Shown here: positions 46,636-57,700 of the stretch, piece by piece | Layout: each line of letters begins with the position of its first letter | Numbering within the stretch: the first letter of the stretch is position 1 | Source of the DNA: Salisapilia sapeloensis CBS 127946 | Taxonomy: Eukaryota; Protista; Oomycota | DNA: 64,000 bases | Reading direction: 5' to 3' | Assembly: GCA_023334545.1 (NCBI GenBank) | Contig: JAADVB010000019.1 | Coordinates: 64,012 to 128,011, forward strand | Notes under the pieces: model-generated | Told to the model about the DNA's origin: nothing | What the model saw: only the letters and a program-made list of their open reading frames with translations | The model's database searches: none | Translations under genes and position numbers: made by a program

Positions 46636-48357
46636 ATGCTAAGCAACGTGTCTTCGCTGCGCACGCAGGAGCTATCTCTAGCATGCGTTTCCGCCATTGG
46701 TCTCGGAATGGTCACCATCGCTCTAATTAATCGTAAGAAACAGCCACTCGGACCGGACGGGAAACCACTGCCCGTTAAAGAAGGCTATCTGCCGATCATT
46801 GGCCATCTCCTGGCTGTATCCAAGAATACTGATCGATTGTATGACTATTTGACGGAGGACGCAGAGAAATTAGGCGGAAAGCCCTACGTACAGTATATAC
46901 CAGGCAAATATCCAGTGGTCATTGCAACTTGCCCGGAACACTTGAACGACATCCTTTTGAAATTCGCAGACAGATTTATTCGTGGTGCAGGACTCTCGGA
47001 TTTACTCCTAGATTTTCTTGGTCGAGGCATCCTCAATAGTGTTCGTCTATCTATCTTGAGCAACCGACCTATGGACTAACGTTTCGTGAATTAATAGGAA
47101 GGAGACGAATGGCATTTCCAGCGAAAGACAGCGAGCCATCTCTTCTCTACCAGTCGATTAAATGATGTGATTCACGAAATCATTAGGGAGAAATCAAACG
47201 GGTTAATGAAGGCTCTTGATTTGTATAGCTCCACAGGCAAAGAGTTTAGTGCGAGTCAGCTCATGACTGCTCTAACTTGCGACGTCTTTACGAAACTTAG
47301 CTTCGGGATTGAGCTCAACTGTCTCGAAGAGAATATGGAAGGCAGAACTCATGACTTTATACAACATTTTACAACGGTGTCAGAGATCACACGAAGTCGC
47401 AGCTTGTCTCCAGTCTTTATTTGGAAACTTAAGCGCATGCTTGGCATTGGCTCTGAGAAGACATTGGCTGAAAGCCGTAGGAAGCTCCACTCTTTCGTTA
47501 CTTCAGTCATTGATGAGACCGTTCAGCACCGTCAGAGAGCTCTCCAAGAAGGAGGTGATGTGCTCAGTCAAAAGTCTTCCGACTTGGTCTCCATGTTCCT
47601 CGATAGCAAGGTCAAATCTCTCTCCACTGGCGAGAAGCTAGACGTAGATGCGGAGATGCTGCGAGATATGACTCTTAATTTCATTTTCGCAGGCAAAGAC
47701 ACCACCTCTGTCAGCCTTTCGTGGTTCATTGTCAACTTGAATCGACATCCTAAAACAGCCAAGAAGATCAGGGCAGAGCTACGTGAGAAGCTTCCAAAAC
47801 TTTTCCAGGAAGGTGCAAGCGCTCCAACAACGGAGGAGGTTTCTTCTCTTACCTACCTCGAAGCTTGCATCCTCGAGAATCTAAGACTATATCCGTCTCT
47901 CGCTTTGGACGGGAAAAATACTCCGGAGGACACGACGCTGTCTGATGGGACATTCATTCCGGCCGGCTATGGCGTAGGACTCACATTTTATGCTACAGGA
48001 CGACTAACCTCTATCTGGGGCCACGATGCAGCTGAATTTAAGCCAGAACGATGGATTGACGCGAACGGAGCACTTAAGCAGGTATCGCCGTCCAAGTTCC
48101 CAGCGTTCGGTACGTTTATTAGTTTCCTAAGTAGTGGTAATTGGAAAGTAACGAGAGTGGTATGAGCAGCACTTGGCAAGCATGCTTGTCTGGGCAAGAA
48201 GTTTGCATACATGGAGATGAAGATTGCATTGGCCACGATGCTCAGTCGTTACGACTTGCAGTTGAAGGAAGACCCGTGGAGTATTACCTACGGCGTTGCC
48301 ATCACACTCATCGTCAAGGGCGACCTGATGTGCAAGGCAGTCCCTCTGAAAGAGTAG
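46636..48357 (+). CDS. Cytochrome P450 (CYP86/94-clan-like oomycete family), 3 exons
   Basis: Exons 46636-47040, 47098-48109, 48170-48357 (introns 57 and 60 bp); N-terminal membrane anchor, GRGILNSEGDEWHFQRK, AGKDTT, ENLR, PERW, heme motif FALGKHACLG. Confidence 0.93.
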
Positions 48358-49986
48358 GTGAAGTGGAATAAAAAAGCATTGGAATGTGTCGTAGCGCCTG
48401 AGAGATTATTAGATGGCAATTAAGGCAACGGACAGAATACGCTTTGCTCCTATTGAAGTAGACTTGAAGTGATGTTGTAGTTAGCTTGAAGCTGAAGGAT
48501 CTATTCGCTAAGTTGACATACGAGTCGTTCTAAAGAGTTTGGGCTACTCTAGGGTCTACTAACTAAGATGTCATATGCATGAGTGCTTGGCAGTAATATC
48601 TCTTTGTGTACAGCTGACTTTCATGTACTTCTGTGAGCACCATTGCATCTACCTGCGATGGTCGTTTGATATGTCTCCTCTCAAATATATGAAGCTATCA
48701 TCATTAGTCCTGTACCGACAGGTGGCCTTGCCGACTGTATCTTCGTTGTATGCAAACTAATAAATTCATTGAAGTGAAAGTGATAGGAAAGTTGAATCAT
48801 ACTCACATTATCGCCTTGTATTGTAGTTGCGTCGATTGTCAAGATGAAGTAATAGAGTTTTTGACTACATAGAGTTCGATAGCAAGACATGCAGCTTTAA
48901 AGCAGACAAGACCAAGGTATGTAAGCGTGAAGAAGTCGCACATTGTAGCAGATACTATGGAAGCGTTATAGCATGTTTGCAATTTTGAACGCTTACTAAC
49001 CTACCGTACCCGCAAGGTAACTACTATGATTGCTAGAGTCGAGCCAGATCAACTAACGTTATCAATACCGACTAGAAGTCAACGGAACGCAAAATGCAGA
49101 TAACCTTCTGGGTTATCGATTAAAGAGCGCAAAGGTTCATCTGGTAAGCTGAACGACATCCATTCAACGAACCCATTTTCTTTGTTCCCATCCTGTTGTG
49201 AATGCGCATGATCGGGACGTCGTTTGATGCCTCAAAGAGTCCGGATGGTTAGTCACTACTAGCTATCACAGTCAAGAACGTCATTTAACCAAGTATCGCA
49301 CCGCCATCCTTTTAAACGCTAAATTCCCTGCAAATTTTTCCACTGGCAGAATGGTGACGCTCTTTTCATTCATTAAAGAAAGGATGACCGCTTGCTTATA
49401 CTGCATGCAAGTAGATCTAGACTGATGTAAATTGACATGTGCTAGGCATATCGTGCAATACATGCGGAAAATTTCTTTTCTAGTCAAAAATGAAAGCGAG
49501 GTAGAGAATAGCCTACGATAGTTAGATTGCCGAGTACATTATCGGGCATGTGTGGTAGAATTCAAGTCATGCCTCGTCCATTTGTCGAAATTTATGCGTA
49601 CATATGAGCTGGAAACACGATACTGTATCTAAACCTGGCACAATATGCAGGCGATGGAATAGGCCCAGTTTAAGCAGTCCACGTGGAAACGAAGTGTAGG
49701 TATTTGTGACTTTTCTATTTAAAGATGCTAGCTGCCATGATCGGCGACACGTACCTTTGTATAGTGGATAAGAGTATTCGCAATCTCCTTCATAATGGAG
49801 GTAAGCGAGCAATAGATCGTGGGTTTTAAAAAGCACATGCTAAGCATCTACATCTGCTCCCTCTTCTCAAGCCATACAATCAATTGACATATGTGCGAAG
49901 ATGACGTGGCTGACACGTCAGGGCGTGGAACGTAAATTTGCTGGTCATATGCAGCGGAAATCAAGTAGAGGCTTCGACCATTTTTC

Positions 49987-50002
49987 TCACTCTACGATTT
50001 GC
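49987..50002 (+). promoter_or_regulatory. INR+FPR-like core promoter of the acidic secreted protein
   Basis: TCACTCTACGATTTGC starting 61 bp upstream of ATG 50048. Confidence 0.55.
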
Positions 50003-50047
50003 TCGACTGGCAAATACTCGTATACTTTGTAGCATTGTAGGCAGAGG

Positions 50048-51553
50048 ATGAAGGTGTGTACTATAATTGCTACCTTTGGTGCACTAGCGCTGGTGAGCGC
50101 CGACAGTATGGACGTTTCCTCTGATTGGGGTTTCTCGGACACCACTGAAAATGAAGACGAGTTCGAATTTACATTTGCTCCCTTGTCCGATGAGTCTAAG
50201 AGCGGCTCAAGTGCTTCAACCGCAGCGTCAAATAGTGAGGATGCCGCCTATTACGTTATCAGTGCCAGTGAGTCGGGCGAGGGATCCACTTCGGATACGG
50301 CGTATGGAGACACGAGCGAGGGAGATGAAGGCTACTCGGCTGTATCATCTGGTGAAAGCGAAAGTGGTTCCGATGCGACTCCTGAACCGAGTACTGGAGT
50401 TGACAGCGATCTTGACTTTGATGAGGAGGAGGAAACTGATTTAGCTACTTCAGTTACCAGTGGAGATGGGTACGACGACATCGATGACTCCACCATGGAA
50501 GATGATGCTGATGACGATAGCGCATCCACACCAGCGCCCACTAGTGCAGATGACACCGAAGACAACACCAACGATGATACTTCATCTGTAAATTCCGACT
50601 ATGGTGACTATGGAAGTGACGAAAGCGACGAGGAATCAAGTGCCTCTCCCGGTGAATGCATCGAAGTCAGTGTCGAGCATGATGCAACGTACTGCATTAA
50701 AGGTCCGATTTGTAGTGGGTCGGGAGATACTGATGCTGCCGGAACAAACTGTCCAGTGAAAGGAGATAAAGCTATCGCAGATTGCCATGACTTTTTGCTG
50801 AGTAGCTACGACGGATCTTGCGTTTTGTTTGAAGATGCCACGTGTGAGGTGATCTCAACGGGTGCGTGGGGATGTGTCCTACCAAGTTACTCAAGTATGT
50901 CAGGATCATCCGTAAGTGCCTCGCCAGATGTCTTTGATTCTGAATCTGGATCAAGTGATACATCGACTCCTGCAACGACGCCGTCTATGACCCCTGCTTC
51001 CGATGAATCTAGCTCTGGTGATACTGATGACTTCGACTTTGGTTTTGATGACTCTAGCTCTGGTGGTACGGATGAGTCTAGCTCTGATGGAACTGATGAC
51101 CTAGACTTTGGCTTCGATGATACCAGCGATTACGACGACACTAGTGTTGGCACCTCAGACGACACTGGTGGTTATGATGACACTAGTAGCGATGGTGAAA
51201 CTAGTGAAGTTGATGACGAAAGTGGTGATGGTACTTCCAGTACCGGAAACTCCACTGAAGACGATACTTCATCGAATGGAGGCAGCGATAGCACAGTGTC
51301 TTATGGCAGTGATGATGGCTCGGAGAGTGTCCAAGCCGATGATACGTCTGTCTCGGCATCCGAAGACTTCGGTATGGGCTTTGCGGACGACTTTGCGTTT
51401 GATACGGAATCCGCTGAAGGCGAAGAAACTACAGAAGCTTCAGAAGAAACAGGAACTTCGAAAGAGGAAAAGGAAGAGACTACAGCTGACGACGATGACA
51501 CAAGCAACGACGCTGATTTCATGACAGCAGATGATCTTTTCTCCCGGCAGTAG
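50048..51553 (+). CDS. Secreted highly acidic (D/E/S/T-rich) protein with a central Cys-rich SVEHDATYC domain
   Basis: Signal peptide MKVCTIIATFGALALVSA; CIEVSVEHDATYCIKGPICSG...WGCVLP at about 50657-50883; no transmembrane or GPI-like tail (ends DDLFSRQ). Confidence 0.9.
   Translation: MKVCTIIATFGALALVSADSMDVSSDWGFSDTTENEDEFEFTFAPLSDESKSGSSASTAASNSEDAAYYVISASESGEGSTSDTAYGDTSEGDEGYSAVSSGESESGSDATPEPSTGVDSDLDFDEEEETDLATSVTSGDGYDDIDDSTMEDDADDDSASTPAPTSADDTEDNTNDDTSSVNSDYGDYGSDESDEESSASPGECIEVSVEHDATYCIKGPICSGSGDTDAAGTNCPVKGDKAIADCHDFLLSSYDGSCVLFEDATCEVISTGAWGCVLPSYSSMSGSSVSASPDVFDSESGSSDTSTPATTPSMTPASDESSSGDTDDFDFGFDDSSSGGTDESSSDGTDDLDFGFDDTSDYDDTSVGTSDDTGGYDDTSSDGETSEVDDESGDGTSSTGNSTEDDTSSNGGSDSTVSYGSDDGSESVQADDTSVSASEDFGMGFADDFAFDTESAEGEETTEASEETGTSKEEKEETTADDDDTSNDADFMTADDLFSRQ
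51002..51121 (+). repeat. Coding tandem duplication, 69-nt unit (DESSSGDTDDFDFGFDDSSSGGT)
   Basis: gatgaatctagctctggtgatactgatgacttcgactttggttttgat at 51002 recurs as gatgagtctagctctgatggaactgatgacctagactttggcttcgat at 51071. Confidence 0.85.
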
Positions 51554-51739
51554 TAGCTTAAATATACTGCTGTTGTTTGCTCTATCCTTAATTTTCGTTC
51601 GGCGAAGAAGTTACTACTGGAGAGAAGTACTGAATACAGAACAAGTTTGGCGGAAAATGCAATTGTCAAATTTCTTTGTATTTGAAAGTTATGGGATTTA
51701 CCATTGATAATCGCTCCTTCTTTCAGAATGCAACGTCAG

Positions 51740-54700
51740 CTATTCTGTCCTCAACTTCCTGTGGCGGTGTCGACCAGAGTCATTCGGCGGAGAATACTGG
51801 TTCGTCTCCGCGTTGTACGTGCACATGCGGTATTCGACCGTGTCGGGGCAAGCACAGAGCTCTGTGTACGGGTCGTCCAGAATCACTCGTGTGCGGATTT
51901 GCATGCCATAGTCATTGCAACCAGTGCTCCAACTGCTCCATACACTCATTTCACACTCGAGGTTCGCACATGAGCTTTCTTCTTCAAGCTTTGGGCATTG
52001 CTGACCATAATTCTGCGGTTCGGTAATCACATGGCGTGTACGCGTCCTCGTGCCGCTGTAATCAGCGCATCGGCTCCATTCACCCCAGTTACTGACTTCG
52101 CAGTCCACTGGCTTCGGACACTCCATCACTTGCTTCGTCTCTGGGCAAGATGGGGCTCCATAGGCTGGGCTCACAAGCACCGGACGTTCACGCGTTTTAG
52201 CAGTCTGCTGTCCATCACAGTCAGACCATTCGCTCCATTCGCCAACGACGCATTCGATCGGGTCACACACATCGACTTCTTCAATGCACGGACACTCAGC
52301 TCCATCAAAGAGACTTGGGACGAGTACTTCACGAGTGCGAGATTTAAGCCCGCTAGTCGCATTGCAAGCACTCCACTCTTTCCATTTGTCAACGACGCAG
52401 TCGACTGGAGGACACTTCTCGGTCTCGACAAGGCGTGGACATTCCTTGCCATTGTAAGCTGCAGGAACGTCGACATCTCGCTCGCGATATCGCTGACCAT
52501 TTGCGTCACACTTCGTCCAGTCCTGCCAGTTACCGACGACACAGTCCACAGGATCACATACTGTGGTCTCCTCCAATGGCGGGCAGGAAGCACCTTCGAA
52601 CATGGCTGGCTGAATCACTTCCCTCGTCTTTGTCTTGAGTCCAGAAGTATTGTCGCAAGCGCTCCAGGATCCGAAGGCACCGACTTCACAGTCAACAGGA
52701 TCACACGGAGCGAACTGTTCTAGAGTCGGGCATTTGTTTCCACCGTAAAGGTCCGCTGTGACCACTTCTCTCGTGCGCCTCTTCTTGCCTGAATTAACAT
52801 CACATCCTTCATAGTCGGACCAGTCAGAGACGACACAGTTGATCGGATCAGCACGTTCCGTCTGCTTTACCTCTCCGCATGACAAGCCATTTCGAACGGC
52901 AGGCTGGATAACTTGTCTCGTGCGTGTGCGAATACCAGTCTCAGAATCGTACTCGCTCCATTCGGTCCATTCCCCTAGGATGCAGTCAACCGGTGGGCAA
53001 GGCTTCTTTTCTTCCAAGTGACCACACGGAGCGCCTTCGTACAAAGGTGCGACCTTGATCGTTCTCGATCGAGTTTGCTCTGGCGTTTCATCGGTACATG
53101 TTGAGTACTCGCTCCAGACGCTCAATTCGCAGTTGACTGGATCACACGGAGCGGACTGTAACAACGCAGGGCAAGCAGCTCCGCCATACTTGTCTGCACT
53201 TGTAATCTGCCTCGACCTCGTCTTGTTGCTTGTGCTAGCATCGCACGTACTCCAGCTGCTCCATTCGCCTACTTCGCAATCTTCCGGTAGACAATCCGTC
53301 TCTTGCTTCGTTGCAGGGCATTGAATACCATCGTACTTGGCCTCAATGATGATCGGACGAGTCTTGTACCTCTTACCAGTCGATCCATCACATTCAGACC
53401 ATTCAGGTGTCCACTCTCCAACTTCACAGTTAACAGGGTCGCAGACAACAGAGTCTTCAAGAGCAGGGCAGTCAGCACCGCCACGAAGAGGGCGCTGTGT
53501 AACCTTTCGTGTCCGGCGCTTTTGGCCACAGGTGGCATCGCAAGATTCCCATGGACCCCATTCACTCACTTCGCAGCTAACTGCCTCGCACTTTTCCGTT
53601 TCTTCAAGAGCACCACAAGATTTCCCGCCGTAGAGAGCTGGCTGGATGACCTCACGAGTGCGAGTCTTAGTCGTATCAGTATCGCTACAAGTCGTAAAGT
53701 CCGTCCACGGTCCAACTTGACAGTCGACCGGGTCGCAAGGAGCTTCTTGGACAGTGTCACCACAACTCTTGCCGCCGTATTTTGCAGCAGTGACGATCGA
53801 AGCAGTGCGTCGCTTTTTGCCTGTTGCTGCATCGCACTCTGACCATGCTCCGAAGGGAGAGAGGACGCAATCTATCGGCTCGCATACCAGCTCATTCTCT
53901 ACCGGTCCACAAGCTTCACCTTCGTATTTGGGGTGTGTAATAATCTCACGCGTTTTCTTCTTCTTGTACGTAGTGTCATCGCATGCACCGTATTCGCTCC
54001 ATGGTCCGAGTTCGCAGTCGACTGGAAGACATGTTGTTTTCTCCTCCAGTGACGGACACTCAGTACCTCCGTACTTGGCGGCTTGTAGAATCTCACGCGT
54101 GCGCGTACGCTTGCCAGTGGATTCATCACATACGCCGTATTCACTCCACTCACCAACGCGGCACGGAACTGGATCGCAGGCGATTGATTGTTTCAAATCA
54201 GTGCACTCATTTCCGTCGTATAGTGCTTGTTGAACAACTTCACGCGTACGATGGCGCATTCCATCCGGACTGTTATCGCAGGAGCTCCATTCACTCCACG
54301 TACCTGGTACACAATCCACAGGTTCACATGGAGTTGTCTGCTCTTGCACATCGCATGGTAGTCCTCCGTACTTTGGCTTGGTCACAATTGTTCGAGTACT
54401 CGTGCGAAGGCCAGTCGAGGCATCGCATGATCCATACTCGGACCAGTTTGACAGTTCACAGTTCACGGGCTCACATGGCCCTTCCATTATCGTTTCAGGA
54501 CATTTTGCCCCGCCGTACATTGCTTGCTGCGTGACTTCACGAGTCTTATGACGCTTGCCAGTCGTGTGGTCACAAGCGGAATATTCACTCCACTCTTCTG
54601 CCACGGTGCAGTCAATCGGGTCACAAGAATCCTCACCCTTCAGCTCCGGACACTCTGCGCCATTGCGCAATGGCTCTTGCTCGATCGTTCGGTAACGTGT

Positions 54701-57700
54701 CTTCGTCTCGGTTTCAGGGTTGCATGATTCCCACGGTCCCCACTCACTGACCTTGCAGTCTACTGGCGGACACTTGCGTGTTTCCACGAGAGCACCACAT
54801 GGTTGTCCATCTCGGTAGGGAGACTGAGTAACTTCTCTTTCACGCGTCTGCGTCGGCGTGTAGTTGGTGCATTCACTCCATTCGCCCCAGTTACTCATAG
54901 TACAGTCGACAGGAGGACATTCCTCCTCTTCTTCCAGAACAGGACACTGGTCAGCACCATACATGGGCTGCTGGACAACCTCACGAGTACGAATCTTCTT
55001 ATCTGTTTCAGGTGTAGAGCATTGAGTCCATTCAGACCAAGGGCCCGTTTCACAGCTCTGTGGTGGGCACACTTCTTGTTCTTCCACAATCGGACATTCC
55101 TTTCCGCCGTGCATATTGTGCTGGGTTACCGGTCGAGTTCTCGTCTTCAGGTAAGTTTCAGCATCACAAGGAGACCAGTCACTCCATGTCCCGACAGCAC
55201 AGTCTACAGCTTCACATTCCGCATCTTCACGAAGACTCGCGCATTCGCTGGTATCACCTGAAGATGGCTGCTGTGTTATTTCACGAGTACGCGTCCTGAG
55301 CGTCGAGTCTGCCGTACAGATAGACCACTCGCTCCACTCTCCAACGAGGCATTTGAGAGGAGGCTTGCAGCTCTTTTCCTCGCCCAGAGGTGGACATGGC
55401 TTTCCATCGTACTTTGGCTCGACACGAACGGTGCGGTTCCTCGTCTGCAAGTGACTGTACTCATCACATGTGCTCCATTCACTCCATGTTGTTACACCAC
55501 AATCCACTGCCTGGCATTTGGTTTCCTCCTCAAGAGGAGGACAGGCCTTACCACAGCCGATAACTGGCTTCTCTACCGTACGAGTACGCTTGCGCGTAGA
55601 AGTTTCGGGGTTGCATTGAGTGTACTCGGACCAACCGGACACAACGCAGTCTTGTGGGTCACATTCAGTAGATTCTTCCAGAGTTGGGCATGGAACGCCA
55701 TTACCGCTAGAAGCCGTGATAATCTCACGGAAGCGAGTCTTCTTGTTGTTTGGGATGTCACAGTCACCGTACGGGCTCCACGCACTCACAGCGCAATCAA
55801 TGTCTGGAATGCAAGACGCCTCCTCTGTTAGAGCAGGACATTCTTTACCTCCGTCCGGTTGCGTCACGACTTCACGCGTACGCGTCTTCATCTCTTCTCC
55901 ATTCTTGCAACTCGACCAGTCTGACCACGGTCCAGTCTGGCAGTCGACTGGAGTACACGCTTGTTTTTGCTTCAACTTTCCACATCGCTTGCCTTTGCCT
56001 CGACGAGGGACTAACACTTCTCGTGTGCGTGACTTTTTGTGCTTTCGAGGATGGCATTCGCTGTACTCACTCCAGTCGCTGAGTTCACAATCAACGTTCG
56101 GAACACAGGACTTGGTCTTCGTAAGCGCTGGGCAGTCCTTTCCTCCATACTTGGCTTCTCGTACGATTTCACGGCTTTTGGTCTTCTTTTCCGTGACAGG
56201 ATCACAATCCGAGTACGCACTCCAACGTCCAACTTTACAGTGGACTTTTGGCATTTTGCACTTCTTGGATTGCTCTAGCGCTGGACAATCCTTGCCTCCG
56301 TACATGGGTTCTCGTTCAATCGTCCGGTTGCGAGTCTTTGTCAGTGTGTCTGGATCACATGACGAGAACTTAGACCATTTGCTGACCTTGCAGTTCACCC
56401 TCTTGCACTTCTTCTCTTGCACTAGTTTTGGACACTTCTTACCACCGTCCCGTTCCTGAAGTACGTCTCTAACTCTCTTGCGAGTAAGACTCGTCACGTT
56501 ACAGTCAGACCAATCTGACCAATCGCTCACGATGCAATTCTTCGGTTCGCAGCGCTGTGTATCTTTCAACGGAGGGCAAGGCGCTCCACCGTACATGGGA
56601 TTTACCAGTACACTTCGCGTCCTAGTGTGCTTCTTCTTTCTCTTGTGGCACGTACCAAAGTCGGACCAGTCGCTAACGACACAGTCAACACTTGAGCATT
56701 GCTCTGTCTCGACAAGGTTTGGACATTCCTTTCCTCCATACTTTGCTGGCTGAATAACTTCTCTCTGCCTCGATCGCTTTCCAGTCTTGGAGCAGCAAGA
56801 ACCAAATTCACTCCAATCGCTGACCTGGCAATCTTGCGGATAGCAGTCTCGAACATCTTCTAATGACGGACATGGCTTGCCACCATCTTGCATAGCTTGA
56901 ATAACCGTACGTGTACGCTTCATGTGGTGCGTACCGGCGTCGCACGTGCCAAACCCACTCCAATCGCTGACGACACAGTCTACCGGCGTGGCATCCGTTT
57001 CCTCCACCAAGTGTGGACACTCATCACCACCATCGGGGTATTGCAATACCTGACGAGTACGCGCCTTTCGCGTCTTGCTGATCAAGGTGTATGAACTCCA
57101 TTCGCTGACAATGCAGTCCTTCGGGTTGCAATTTTGTTGCTGTTCAAGCGATTCACAGGGTTTGCCATTGTACAGAGGCTCCGTGACGATTGTTCGTTCT
57201 CGCTTTCGGATATTCTTGATCTTGTCGCATGCGCTCCAACTACCATAGTCACTGAGAATACAGTCAATCGGTGCACACGGAGTCGAATCGGTGAGAGCAG
57301 GGCAGCCTGCACCTCCGTAGGACGGTTCTTGTGTAATTGTCCGAGTGCGTGTCATTTTGCCCGTGCTGGCGTCGCAAGTCCCAAAGTCTGACCATTGACT
57401 CACTTGGCAGTCCATGCAAGCAACGACTTCTTGGAGTGGAGGACATGGCTTTCCACCGTTGGAAGCGCTCGTGACGACCTCACGAACACGCTTCCTGTTA
57501 CCGGTGCTAGCATCACATTCGCCTTCCCAATGCCAGTCGCCGACAATACAGTCTTGAGCAGAACAAGAACTCGTTTCTTCTAGTGGCGGACAATCTGCAC
57601 CACCATCCGGGTGCGTGATAACGAAGCGCGACTTAATGTTGATGTTCAGCAGAGGATTGATCGTATATAACGACCATTCACTGACCTGGCAATCCACTGG

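Noticed and set aside
51740-51765. RKLR at the extreme C-terminus of the adhesin, resembling an RxLR effector motif
   Set aside because: RxLR motifs act shortly after the signal peptide and are usually followed by dEER; position and context do not fit.
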